Assembly (NCBI GenBank): GCA_965237675.1
Contig: OZ250150.1
Span: forward strand, 3,072,001 to 3,136,000
Source: Candidatus Latescibacterota bacterium
GTDB taxonomy: Bacteria > Latescibacterota > UBA2968 > GCA-2709665
Direction of reading: 5' to 3'
DNA: 64,000 nucleotides
Shown here: one piece after another, positions 28,039-37,122 of the stretch
Position numbering within the stretch: the first letter of the stretch is position 1
Layout of the letters: each line of letters starts with the position of its first letter
Program-made: the position numbers and the translations under genes
The notes under the pieces: generated by a model
What the model was told of the DNA's origin: nothing
Databases searched by the model: none
The model's input: the letters and a program-made list of their open reading frames with translations, nothing else

Positions 28039-28180
28039 GTTGAACCCCTCGGCAAAGCCCGTTTTCGCCATCCGAATGGAAATGGCAAACGGGCAACCTG
28101 GAGCGGGGAAAACGGCGAGATCCGAATTTTCCTGCCTCCTGTGTTCCTGCTCCGGGCGGTGCTGGCGTTATTGGTGGATG

Positions 28181-28717
28181 TTATTTCGGAGCGATGATGA
28201 TAAGAATGTTTCGGCCTTCGTCCTTGATTGGCAATTCGGCCATGCCGGTGTCCTGCAGGTCTTCCACCGCGCGTTCAAGAAGCACCCTGCCCTGTGCGCG
28301 GTACATATTCTGACGACCGCGAAATTCCACGGAAATTCTGACCTTGTGGCGGTGCTTCAAAAAATTCTCGGCATGGCGGATCTTGAATTCGTAATCGTGA
28401 TCGCTGATTCTGGGACCCAGTCGAATCTCTTTCAGTTGTGACCCGCTTTTTTTGCCCTTTTTCTGCTTTTTGCTCTGCTCATATCGGTACTTGCCGTAAT
28501 TCATGATTCGGCATACCGGAGGCCGGGCGTTGGGAGCAACTTCGACCAGGTCGAGCTCGGCCTCCATTGCCATTTCAATTGCCTTCCTGGTTTCAACGAT
28601 ACCGACCTGTTCGCCCTCGTTGTCGACGAGGCGAATCTGCGGAATGCGGATCTGCTCGTTTATACGAGGTGCTCTCTCCTGCTTTCGATCACGAAGACCT
28701 CTTGGACCTCTGTTGAT
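28181..28717 (-). CDS. infC: translation initiation factor IF-3 (probable ATC start)
   Basis: Motifs RINEQIR, LDLVEVAPNARPPVCRIMNYGKY, FRGRQ. SD GGAGGT lies 7 nt upstream of ATC at 28717. Confidence 0.95.
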   Translation of the reverse strand: MNRGPRGLRDRKQERAPRINEQIRIPQIRLVDNEGEQVGIVETRKAIEMAMEAELDLVEVAPNARPPVCRIMNYGKYRYEQSKKQKKGKKSGSQLKEIRLGPRISDHDYEFKIRHAENFLKHRHKVRISVEFRGRQNMYRAQGRVLLERAVEDLQDTGMAELPIKDEGRNILIIIAPK

Positions 28718-28776
28718 ACCGATCACCTCCGAATTTGATCCGGGCCGTTGTCGGCCAAGTTGGAAAATAGAGGGGG

Positions 28777-30714
28777 TTACGCGGCGCTTTTCGTCTCGAC
28801 TTCCTTCTGCATCCTGGCAATCAGGTCGATCGTGGACATGCTGCCCAGGTCACCGGCGCCATGCCTGCGAACCGAGATGGATTGTGCGTCGAGTTCCTGT
28901 TTGCCCACAATGACCATGTATGGAATCTTCTGAACTTCCGCCTCGCGAATCTTGAAACCGAGTTTGGCGTCCTGGGGGTCGATTTCGGCGCGGAGCCCCG
29001 CGCCGTTCAGATGGCCGGCAACCTTTCTGGCATAGTCGGCAAAGGGATCGGAAACCGGAAGCACGACAGCCTGCACCGGTGCCAGCCAGAGCGGGAAGTT
29101 TCCCGCGTAGTGTTCGATCAGGAGGCCGAAGAACCGCTCCACGGCACCCAGGAGGGCGCGATGCACCATGTAGGGCCGGTGGAATTTTCCGTCGGGTCCG
29201 ACAAAGCTCAGGTCGAAGCGTTCCGGAAGGTTGAAGTCGAACTGGATGGTGGTGCACTGCCATTCCCTGTTTAAGGCATCGTTGATGGTCACGTCGATCT
29301 TCGGCCCGTAGAAAGCGCCGGCGCCCTCGTCGATCCGGTAGGGCAACTTTTGCCTGTCAACTGCCCGCTTGAGAGCGTCGGTGGCTCTTTCCCAGTCGGC
29401 CGGATCCCCAACGGCCTTTCCGGGCCGGGTGGAGATGTAGACGTTGAAGTCTTCAAAACCGAAAGACTTCAGGATGAAAAGCGTGAAGTCGATAACCCGG
29501 GCGACTTCGTCCTCCACCTGATTCGGACGACAGAAGATATGGGCGTCGTCCTGTGTGAATCCGCGCACCCGTAACAACCCGTGCAGTGTGCCTGCCATTT
29601 CGTAGCGATAGACGGTTCCCAGTTCGGCCCAGCGAAACGGAAGCTCCCGATAGCTGCGCCTCCGGGATTTGTAGATGAGGCTGTGGAAGGGACAATTCAT
29701 CGGTTTGGCAAAATACGCCTGGCCGTCGATGTCCATGGGGGGATACATGTTCTCTTGAAAGAAATCCAGGTGTCCGCTGGTTTCCCAGAGTCGGGATCGG
29801 CCGATATGGGGCGAACCGACCAGGTCGTAGCCGCCGCCATAGTGCGCTTCGCGCCAGAAGTCTTCTATCTGATTCCGGATTCGGGCGCCTTTGGGGTGCC
29901 AGAGGACGAGCCCCGGCCCCGCGGTATCGTTGATCGAGAAAAGGTCGAGCCGCTTGCCCAGGGCGCGGTGGTCACGATTCCTGGCTTCTTCGAGGTACTC
30001 GAGATAGGCGTTGAGGTCTTTCTGACCCGGAAAGGAGATGCCGTAGATGCGCTGGAGCATCACGTTGTTTTCGTCTCCCCGCCAATATGCGCCCGAAGAA
30101 TTCAGCAGTTTGACCGCCTTGATGCGACCGGTGTCCGGAACATGCGGCCCGCGGCAGAGGTCCAGCCATTTGTCTGCATTCTTGTAAATGCTGATGGTTT
30201 CACCGGGTTCGATTTCCTTCAGGATTTCAAGTTTGTAGATTTCGCCCCGTTCTCTGAAGAGATCGATCGCGGCTTCTCTGGTGATCTCCTGGCGCTCAAA
30301 GGGCTGCGCTTCCGCAATGAGTTCCCTCATGCGAACTTCGATTCGGTGCAATTCGTCCGGCGTGAACGGTTTGTCCCGATCGAAGTCGTAGTAAAAGCCA
30401 TTCTCGATGGGCGGGCCAAGCGTGACTTTGACGTCGGGAAACAGATCCTGTACCGCTTGCGCCATGATATGTGCGGTGCTGTGCCAATACACTTCTTTGC
30501 CGGCATCGTTGGAGAACGTGAGGATTTCCAGTTCGACGCTGTCCTCCAGAGCACAGGTGAGATCTACGGACCGGCCGTCGACTTTACCGGCCAGTGCCGC
30601 CCGGGCCAGGCCGGAGCCGATGGATTCGGCCACCTGCAGGATGGTGACGCCCGACAAAAAGTCTTTTCGGGAGCCATCGGGTAGGGTGACCGTTATGTTC
30701 TCGCTTTCAGGCAT
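28777..30714 (-). CDS. thrS: threonine--tRNA ligase
   Basis: Motifs TLPDGS (TGS), HSTAHIMAQAV, DLCRGPHV, RDHRALG, KPMNCPFH, RVRGFTQDDAH, AFYGPKID. Confidence 0.98.
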   Translation of the reverse strand: MPESENITVTLPDGSRKDFLSGVTILQVAESIGSGLARAALAGKVDGRSVDLTCALEDSVELEILTFSNDAGKEVYWHSTAHIMAQAVQDLFPDVKVTLGPPIENGFYYDFDRDKPFTPDELHRIEVRMRELIAEAQPFERQEITREAAIDLFRERGEIYKLEILKEIEPGETISIYKNADKWLDLCRGPHVPDTGRIKAVKLLNSSGAYWRGDENNVMLQRIYGISFPGQKDLNAYLEYLEEARNRDHRALGKRLDLFSINDTAGPGLVLWHPKGARIRNQIEDFWREAHYGGGYDLVGSPHIGRSRLWETSGHLDFFQENMYPPMDIDGQAYFAKPMNCPFHSLIYKSRRRSYRELPFRWAELGTVYRYEMAGTLHGLLRVRGFTQDDAHIFCRPNQVEDEVARVIDFTLFILKSFGFEDFNVYISTRPGKAVGDPADWERATDALKRAVDRQKLPYRIDEGAGAFYGPKIDVTINDALNREWQCTTIQFDFNLPERFDLSFVGPDGKFHRPYMVHRALLGAVERFFGLLIEHYAGNFPLWLAPVQAVVLPVSDPFADYARKVAGHLNGAGLRAEIDPQDAKLGFKIREAEVQKIPYMVIVGKQELDAQSISVRRHGAGDLGSMSTIDLIARMQKEVETKSAA

Positions 30715-30868
30715 CGTATTTGAAGGTTCCGCAACCAACGCGCCGTATAGGCGGAAACGTCAACAATAATCAATCCATCGAGGTTCGTGATGAATAGGGA
30801 GCGGGATCGCTGCCGTACCTCGACCTGCGTGCCCGTCCGGCGACCCCCTACACGGCCTGCCGCATAAT

Positions 30869-30985
30869 AAAAAAACGCGCGACCTGTCTACTTGCGCGTC
30901 GTATTCAGCAAAGCACCAGGTGACAAACGATCCTTTCCGTTGGCACTCCTCCGCAAGTAGGTTGGCGGGTAGATAATTACGACAT
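30869..30985 (-). promoter_or_regulatory. structured thrS leader or small RNA with terminator and alternative pairing
   Basis: Terminator-like acgcgc...gcgcgt plus T7 (30869-30899). Upstream ctacttgcg (30960-30952) is complementary to cgcaagtag (30896-30888), which overlaps the terminator 5' arm. Confidence 0.5.
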
Positions 30986-30991
30986 CCGATA

Positions 30992-31020
30992 AATTTAATT
31001 TAACCAGTACGGGTTGTCAA
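30992..31020 (-). promoter_or_regulatory. sigma70 promoter upstream of thrS
   Basis: TTGACA-17 nt-TAAATT on the minus strand. Confidence 0.8.
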
Positions 31021-31070
31021 GGGAAAACTCCCATCCCTGACGCGCAATTTCGCGCAAGGTTTCGGCGTCG

Positions 31071-31724
31071 TTACGGGAGGTTGAGCATCTTGTGAACCCG
31101 ACACGATAGCCGCCACGCGGGGTGGCGTTTGAGGATTTCGAGGGTCTTGCTCAGGTATTCGGGTTTGCTTGACTCGGGTTGGAGGTAGATATACTCTGCA
31201 CGGTTTTCATCCACGATGCCTTCGTGGAAGTTCTTTCCGACCACGTATTTGAGTTCGGTGATGTATTTGAGACCGCATGCGATGGTTTTTTTCTTGGGGG
31301 AAACGGTCCAGTGCTCGATGTGTTCGTAGAGGCCGGGATCCGGATCGATGGCGCCGTTGGTTTCAATGTGGATGCGGTAATTCTCGGACCGGAGTTCCCG
31401 GCAGAGGGGCGCAATGTTCTGGCCAAGGGGTTCGCCGCCCGTCAGGCAGACCCACGAGGCGGTGTGTCGGCTGACTTCGGCCAGAATATCGTCAATATCG
31501 TGTTCGGTGTACGTATCGAATTCGGTGTCGCAGAAAAAGCAGCGCAGGTTGCATTTGGCCAGGCGTACAAAGGTGGTGGGCTGGCCGACGCGCAGACCTT
31601 CCCCTTCGATGGAGTAGAAGATCTCGTTGATCTGCAACGTCTGGCCTTCGCCGCGCCAGAGCGGCATCCGGTCGGCCGGCGCGGGAGGGATGCCTTCAAG
31701 TATGTCTGGATCTCTCGGGGACAA
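31071..31724 (-). CDS. queE: 7-carboxy-7-deazaguanine synthase (radical SAM)
   Basis: Motifs INEIFYSIEGEG, FVRLAKCNLRCFFCDT, LTGGEP, IETNG, TVSPK, YLQPE. TTG start after GGAG. Confidence 0.9.
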   Translation of the reverse strand: MSPRDPDILEGIPPAPADRMPLWRGEGQTLQINEIFYSIEGEGLRVGQPTTFVRLAKCNLRCFFCDTEFDTYTEHDIDDILAEVSRHTASWVCLTGGEPLGQNIAPLCRELRSENYRIHIETNGAIDPDPGLYEHIEHWTVSPKKKTIACGLKYITELKYVVGKNFHEGIVDENRAEYIYLQPESSKPEYLSKTLEILKRHPAWRLSCRVHKMLNLP

Positions 31725-31974
31725 GGCAAACTCCGGGCGTTCTGCGGGGTGGGCTTGTGTCCAGCGAAGAAAAATAATAGAAAACCGGGTGTTTAGACAA
31801 GGAAAATTCTTGACATTGTCCATTGCGCTTTCAATATTGCCGACCATTCGGAGCATCCACCGTGGGGCGCTCCGTTTTTTTGACGGGATCGGCGGACGTT
31901 CGGGGTTCCAACCGGCGCGTTGATGGTGTTTTCCGGCAGGAATACGGCCAACGGTGTCATTGAAGGGTTGTTCT

Positions 31975-32655
31975 GTGGCAGACAGGATATACGAAGCAGT
32001 GATTTTCGATGTGGACGGTGTGATCGTGGATTCCGAGGCGGTATACTGCGAGACGTTCGACAGGACGTTGGGGGACTACGGCGCAGGGATAAGCAGGAAC
32101 GAATATGCGGTTTGCGTGGGCCATCCGGTGGAAGAAAACAGTGAGTACGCCGTCGAACGCTATGGATTGGATGTGGCGCCCGCCGTATTTCGCGAGCGCT
32201 GGATGGGTCGATTCGAGGATGCCATCTCAGATCCCCACCGGGTGATGTTGATGCCGGGGTTCCTGGAGCTGTTGGCGCACGTGCGGAACGGCGGTTACCT
32301 GCTTGGCGTCGCTTCGTCCACGCGGCGGCGCCGGATGATGAAGACGCTGGGCAGCGGCCTGCTATCCAGAATGGATGAGGTGTGTGATCTGAGCGAGGTG
32401 TTTGACGTCATGCTGTCCGGAAGCGACGTCGAACGGCTGAAGCCGGCGCCGGATATTTATATGATGGCGGCCGAAGAACTCGGAGTCGCGCCGGAGGGAT
32501 GCGCGGTAGTCGAAGATAGCGAGGCAGGCGTGGGAGCCGGCAAGGCCGCCGGGATGACCGTGTTCGCGGTGCCGAATTGCTTCACCTTGCGTCAGCACCA
32601 CCACGACGCCGATTTCGTCCTTGACGGACTGACGGACGCATTGCGGTACTTTTGA
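31975..32655 (+). CDS. HAD-family phosphatase (beta-PGM-like)
   Basis: Motifs IFDVDGVIVDSE, ASS, KPAPDIY, VEDSEAG. Confidence 0.9.
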   Translation: MADRIYEAVIFDVDGVIVDSEAVYCETFDRTLGDYGAGISRNEYAVCVGHPVEENSEYAVERYGLDVAPAVFRERWMGRFEDAISDPHRVMLMPGFLELLAHVRNGGYLLGVASSTRRRRMMKTLGSGLLSRMDEVCDLSEVFDVMLSGSDVERLKPAPDIYMMAAEELGVAPEGCAVVEDSEAGVGAGKAAGMTVFAVPNCFTLRQHHHDADFVLDGLTDALRYF

Positions 32656-32702
32656 AATCGGAAGCGGTCGCCCAATTTGAATGTCCGCTTCCGTACCGAC
32701 CG

Positions 32703-33425
32703 TCAGGCGTAGGTTTCGGCGTCGTCTTCCGGGGCGTAGCCGAGTTCCTCGCGGGCGTTCCGGAGGTCCCAGTATGCGCGGGTATTGTTCGATATGCCGT
32801 AGTAGATGCCGAAATGCACATCGGTTTGGATGCTGCGGCGTACGAGCTGGACGGTGTCACGGTGGCTCAGCCAGGACGCGAGGATCCGGTCGCTCTTACG
32901 TTTGATGACCGAGTCCGCGGGCTGAAAGGAGCCGATGCGCAGGCAGATAACCGAGAGTCCGAAGGCGTCCGCGTAGTACCGGCCCAGGTCTTCTCCGTAC
33001 GCCTTGCTGGCGCCATAGAAGCTGTCCGGCCGCGCATTCACCTCGGTCGTGGTGCCGATGCCTTGTTTTTCGTAATATCCGGTGACGTGGTTGCTGCTGG
33101 CAAACACGACGCGGTGGACGCCGGACCTTCGGGCAGCTTCGTAAACGGTGTAGGTGCCGCGGATGTTGGCCTCCAGAATGTCTTCGAAGGAGGCGTTCCC
33201 GTTTGGATTGCCGGCCATATGGACAACGGCGTCCACGCCGTCCGCCGCCTCGACCAATTGGTCCATGTCCGTAATGCCTGAAATCTGAACCTCTTCGTCG
33301 GGGCGGGCCGGCAGGATGGTGTTGTGGTAGAGCAGTCTGAGACGGTAGTCGTTCCTTAATCCTTCTCGCAAGACGCGGCCGATTCTGCCGGCGGCGCCTG
33401 TGATGAGGATTTTCTTTTTTTGCAC
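32703..33425 (-). CDS. uronate dehydrogenase-like NAD-dependent SDR
   Basis: Motifs ITGAAGRIG, ASSNHVTG, RPDSFYGASK, LRIGSF, WLSHRD, YGISNN, GYAPED. Confidence 0.8.
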   Translation of the reverse strand: MQKKKILITGAAGRIGRVLREGLRNDYRLRLLYHNTILPARPDEEVQISGITDMDQLVEAADGVDAVVHMAGNPNGNASFEDILEANIRGTYTVYEAARRSGVHRVVFASSNHVTGYYEKQGIGTTTEVNARPDSFYGASKAYGEDLGRYYADAFGLSVICLRIGSFQPADSVIKRKSDRILASWLSHRDTVQLVRRSIQTDVHFGIYYGISNNTRAYWDLRNAREELGYAPEDDAETYA

Positions 33426-33524
33426 GTGAAGCCCTTCCTGTAAGCTGTGAGGCGCGATCGGATGTAGGACCGAAAAAAGCGTGACGTTGGCGGTAGGGGC
33501 CGGTTATGTCCGTCCAGTCGGAAT

Positions 33525-34361
33525 TTACAATGGCTTGACATTGGCCCACTCGGGAAGCAGCCTGGCGGCATTGTTCCAGAGAATGTCTCTCATGGTTCGA
33601 TTGGACAGGTTGGCGCCCAGCGTCTTGCCCAGACATTGCCCGAATAGGCGGACCGGCAGGTCCGACGCGAAGACGACGCGGCCGCTTCCGAGGGCGTCAA
33701 CGGCGGTTTCGACGATGCCGGCCTCGGGGTCGCCGCCGCCGGTGTCCACAACCAGGTTCGGGCAGTCCGCGACGTGTTCGATGCCGCGTAGCCCGCATCC
33801 GTTGAGGTGGGCCATGATGATTTTCGCTTCGGGGTGCCTGCGCGCCAGGTCGGCAACGTCACCGGGAAAGGACTCGCCGGGCAGGTTGCCGGTGGTTTTG
33901 TCCCACGCGTGCTGCAGGACGGGAACGTCGAGTTCGGCCGCGCGTTGTAGAATCGGATCCAGGCCGGGGTCGGTGGCGCGGCGCGCCACCCAGAGCTTGA
34001 TGCCGCACATGCGCTCTTCTTCGATGCAGCGGTTGATTTCGGCGACGGACTCGTCGGGAAAGGTGGGATTGACGTAGCAGAAGGGCAGGAAGGCCTCCGG
34101 AGCCTGATCGCGCATCAGGAGGTTGTAGTCGTTGCCGTCCCGGCAGTGTCGCATGGCAGGTTCATGGAGGCGGCTGCCCGCGCCGGATGCGGGATGCAGC
34201 AGGAAGATGCACATTTTCGTGATGCCGGCGCGTTTGGCGGCTTCCAGTATCCCCTGAGCGTCGGCTTTCACGGAGGCCGCGCCGGGGCCCAGAGGGTGGA
34301 CGTGCACATCCAGGACGTCACAGGGTGGTTTCAATGTGGCTCTCAAAATCGAAAGGTTCAC
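33525..34361 (-). CDS. amidohydrolase_2-family protein
   Basis: Motifs DVHVH, GIKLW, VLQH, IMAH, VFASD. Confidence 0.85.
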   Translation of the reverse strand: MNLSILRATLKPPCDVLDVHVHPLGPGAASVKADAQGILEAAKRAGITKMCIFLLHPASGAGSRLHEPAMRHCRDGNDYNLLMRDQAPEAFLPFCYVNPTFPDESVAEINRCIEEERMCGIKLWVARRATDPGLDPILQRAAELDVPVLQHAWDKTTGNLPGESFPGDVADLARRHPEAKIIMAHLNGCGLRGIEHVADCPNLVVDTGGGDPEAGIVETAVDALGSGRVVFASDLPVRLFGQCLGKTLGANLSNRTMRDILWNNAARLLPEWANVKPL

Positions 34362-34373
34362 GCGGACACCTCG

Positions 34374-35126
34374 CTACCAGCTGACGATACGCTCCGCGTT
34401 CGCGCCCAGGATGGCTGCGGCATCGTCGTCGGATAGGTCCGTCACGACGCGCGCGAGGGCCGAATACGGGATGAAGAGCGGAGCGTGGGAGCCAAACAAC
34501 AATTTGTCTCTCAGGCCGTCTTCCACCAGCACTTTTACCGCATCCATGCCGTCCGACTGGGAGACGTCGGCATAGAGGTTGGGCAACCCCAGGATCCTGT
34601 TTTTGTGCGCCCTGATCTCAGCCGTGCGGGGTCCGCCGATGATGACCGTGAGGTCAGGGTGGCGTTCCGCGGCATCCGCGATTTCGGCGGCGGGGACGTC
34701 GGGCACCTGGGCGAGCGGATGCTGTCGGCGGGGATCCTCGAGTCGGGTCTGGACGATGACACCCAGCCCGGCGCCGGTCAGGGACGTGAACAGCTCGGAA
34801 GCGACGTCAAGATCGTACCCCGAATAAGCGGGCAGGAGTTTGACCAGCCGGACTCGGGGTTGCTGTTTCGCCCGCTCGAGTTCGTCGCGCCACGTGGCGA
34901 TGGTCGGATCCAGAACGGGAACGGGATAGACGTCGTCTGTATCGTCCGCCGCTGTGTAGAGATCGTTGTTGAACCTGTGGGGGTTGCGGCACCACGCGGC
35001 GTCCAGGGGAGAGACGCAGATGCGTTCCACGCCGTATTCCTTGAGGGAGGCCCGCACCCGGTCCAGGGCCCCCACGACGGGATGGGACGGCCAGTGGCCG
35101 GTGTACGCGTTGATGTCGATAATCAT
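34374..35126 (-). CDS. amidohydrolase_2-fold protein lacking metal ligands
   Basis: IIDINAY where paralogues have HxH; IIGG for IMAH; LFGSH for GSD. Confidence 0.75.
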   Translation of the reverse strand: MIIDINAYTGHWPSHPVVGALDRVRASLKEYGVERICVSPLDAAWCRNPHRFNNDLYTAADDTDDVYPVPVLDPTIATWRDELERAKQQPRVRLVKLLPAYSGYDLDVASELFTSLTGAGLGVIVQTRLEDPRRQHPLAQVPDVPAAEIADAAERHPDLTVIIGGPRTAEIRAHKNRILGLPNLYADVSQSDGMDAVKVLVEDGLRDKLLFGSHAPLFIPYSALARVVTDLSDDDAAAILGANAERIVSW

Positions 35127-35200
35127 GAATCTCTCCTTGGCGTTGATCGTACCCATATCGGGTGCGCCGCACCCCGCCGCCTGGGGCCCGCAACGATCGG

Positions 35201-36034
35201 TCAGAGGGTTTCGACGCCGCTCCACACCGGCAGAAGCCGGGCGGTGTTGTTCCACAGGATCTCTTTCTTGACGGTGTCCGGGAGATCGGTTCCGAGCGTC
35301 TTGCCGAGTTGCACGCCGAAGTGACGGATCGGGGCGTCGGAGCCGTAGACAATGCGCTCCGGCCCGATGGCGGATGCGGCCGCTTCGACGATTCCGCTGT
35401 CCGGATCTCCTCCCGAGGTGTCTACGTAGATGTTGGGACAGCCGGCCACGTCTTCCATGCCGGCGAGCCCGCAGCCATTCATATGAGCCATAATGATGTT
35501 CGCCTCCGGGTGGCGACGTGCGAGATCGGCCACATCGGCGGGAAAGGATTCGCCCACAAGATTGCCGTCTGTCTTGATCCAGGCGTGTTGCAGCACGGGA
35601 ACACCCAATTGTACGGCGCGTTCCATGATGGGATCCAGGCCCGGATCGGTAGCGCGGCGAGCGACCCACAACTTGACGCCCGCCATACGCTCGCTTGCGA
35701 TACAGCGATCTATTTCCGCGACGGATTCGACGGGGTACATCGGATTGACATAACAGAAGGGGATGAAGGTTTCCGGTGCGAAATCTCGCATGGCGAGGGC
35801 ATAGTCGTTCGCGTGTCTGCATTCTTCAACCGAGGGTTCTCTCGGGCAGGTGGTGTACAGCGAAAAGAGGCACATTTTTTCCACCCCGGCGCGCAGGGCG
35901 GATTCGATAATGAGGCGGGCATCTTCTCTGGCGTCGGCTATCCTGTAAAGGCCGAAACAGTCCAGCGGGTGGACGTGGACGTCGAGGGCCGGACACGGGG
36001 GTTTCAGGTGGCTCATCAGTTCGGAAGGCGTCAT
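35201..36034 (-). CDS. amidohydrolase_2-family protein (paralogue of 33525-34361)
   Basis: Motifs DVHVH, PFCYVNP, KLWVARRATDPGLDPI, VLQHAW, IMAH, YGSD. Confidence 0.85.
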   Translation of the reverse strand: MTPSELMSHLKPPCPALDVHVHPLDCFGLYRIADAREDARLIIESALRAGVEKMCLFSLYTTCPREPSVEECRHANDYALAMRDFAPETFIPFCYVNPMYPVESVAEIDRCIASERMAGVKLWVARRATDPGLDPIMERAVQLGVPVLQHAWIKTDGNLVGESFPADVADLARRHPEANIIMAHMNGCGLAGMEDVAGCPNIYVDTSGGDPDSGIVEAAASAIGPERIVYGSDAPIRHFGVQLGKTLGTDLPDTVKKEILWNNTARLLPVWSGVETL

Positions 36035-36322
36035 CGTTTTTCCCCCCGGATGAAGCGTTCGGTATGTGCAGGATGCAATCGCCGCGGGCGTTTTTTTCGT
36101 TATTTCCCTTGCCCGTTTGATTGTACCCATATATAATTAACTTTGGACGAAATGCCAGCGGATTTCGGACCCGCCAGGTGAGAAACGGGATGGCCACGCC
36201 GGGTTTTCGCTGACCCGAAACGGCCGTCCCATTCTGTAGACCCGTGCAATATTCTCGAAGACGCGGTACCGTTCAGTGGGGGTTCATGCCTTCGGCGGTC
36301 GGTCTCGTGCCCGGGGGCGGAG

Positions 36323-37084
36323 ATGAAAGCAATTGTCGTCGCGGCGGGATATGCCACCCGGCTCTACCCGCTCACGAAGAATTTTCCCAAAGGGCTTCTC
36401 AAGGTCGGCGGGCGCGCCATTATGGATTATCTGATGGATCAGCTCGAGGCCGTTCCGGGGCTGGATGAAGTCTATCTGATAACCAACAGGCGGTTTGCCG
36501 GCCATTTCGAGCGGTGGTCGGCCGGGTGGGGCGGCCGCCTGAACATCGACGTGATCGACGACGGGACCACATCCAACGAGAATCGGTTGGGCGCAGTGGG
36601 GGACATTCGGTTCGCCATCCGGGCGCGAGCCATTGCCGATGATGTACTGGTGTGTGGATCGGACAACCTGCTCCGGTTTCATCTGAAGGATCTGGTGGCG
36701 GACTTCCGCGCCAATCCGGTGGCGCATATCTGCGTGTATCACGTGGACGACGCGGAGGACCGCCGCCGGCACGGCATTGCGGTGCTGGATGCCGGGAACC
36801 GAGTTGTGAAATTTGCCGAAAAGCCCGATGAACCGGAGTCGTCCTGGGGTTCGGCGGCCTTCTACGTATACCCGGCATCCACACTGAAGCGGTTTGACGA
36901 GTACATCGACAGCGGACGGACGCCGGACGCGCCAGGGCATTTTGTCGAATGGCTCTGCCAGGTGGAGCCGGTTTATGCGCACCGGATTCAGGGGTCTGCG
37001 GTCGATATCGGCAATCCCGAGGTCCTGGAGCGGGTCAGGCGTGAATTTGAAGGGAAGCGCTGCGAAATGGATTTTCCACGCTGA
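36323..37084 (+). CDS. sugar-1-phosphate nucleotidyltransferase
   Basis: Motifs MKAIVVAAGYATRLYPLT..PKGLL, FAEKP, DIG. Confidence 0.88.
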   Translation: MKAIVVAAGYATRLYPLTKNFPKGLLKVGGRAIMDYLMDQLEAVPGLDEVYLITNRRFAGHFERWSAGWGGRLNIDVIDDGTTSNENRLGAVGDIRFAIRARAIADDVLVCGSDNLLRFHLKDLVADFRANPVAHICVYHVDDAEDRRRHGIAVLDAGNRVVKFAEKPDEPESSWGSAAFYVYPASTLKRFDEYIDSGRTPDAPGHFVEWLCQVEPVYAHRIQGSAVDIGNPEVLERVRREFEGKRCEMDFPR

Positions 37085-37122
37085 ATGGACGGGTGTCAAG
37101 GCGGAAGATCGGGGGTGGTTTT

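Noticed and set aside
30740-30990. T-box riboswitch or preQ1 riboswitch
   Set aside because: No T-box GGTGGxACC consensus or preQ1 signature was found.
31071-31724. queE as part of a 7-deazaguanine DNA-modification (dpd) island
   Set aside because: No dpdA, queC, queD or folE neighbours; the context is housekeeping.
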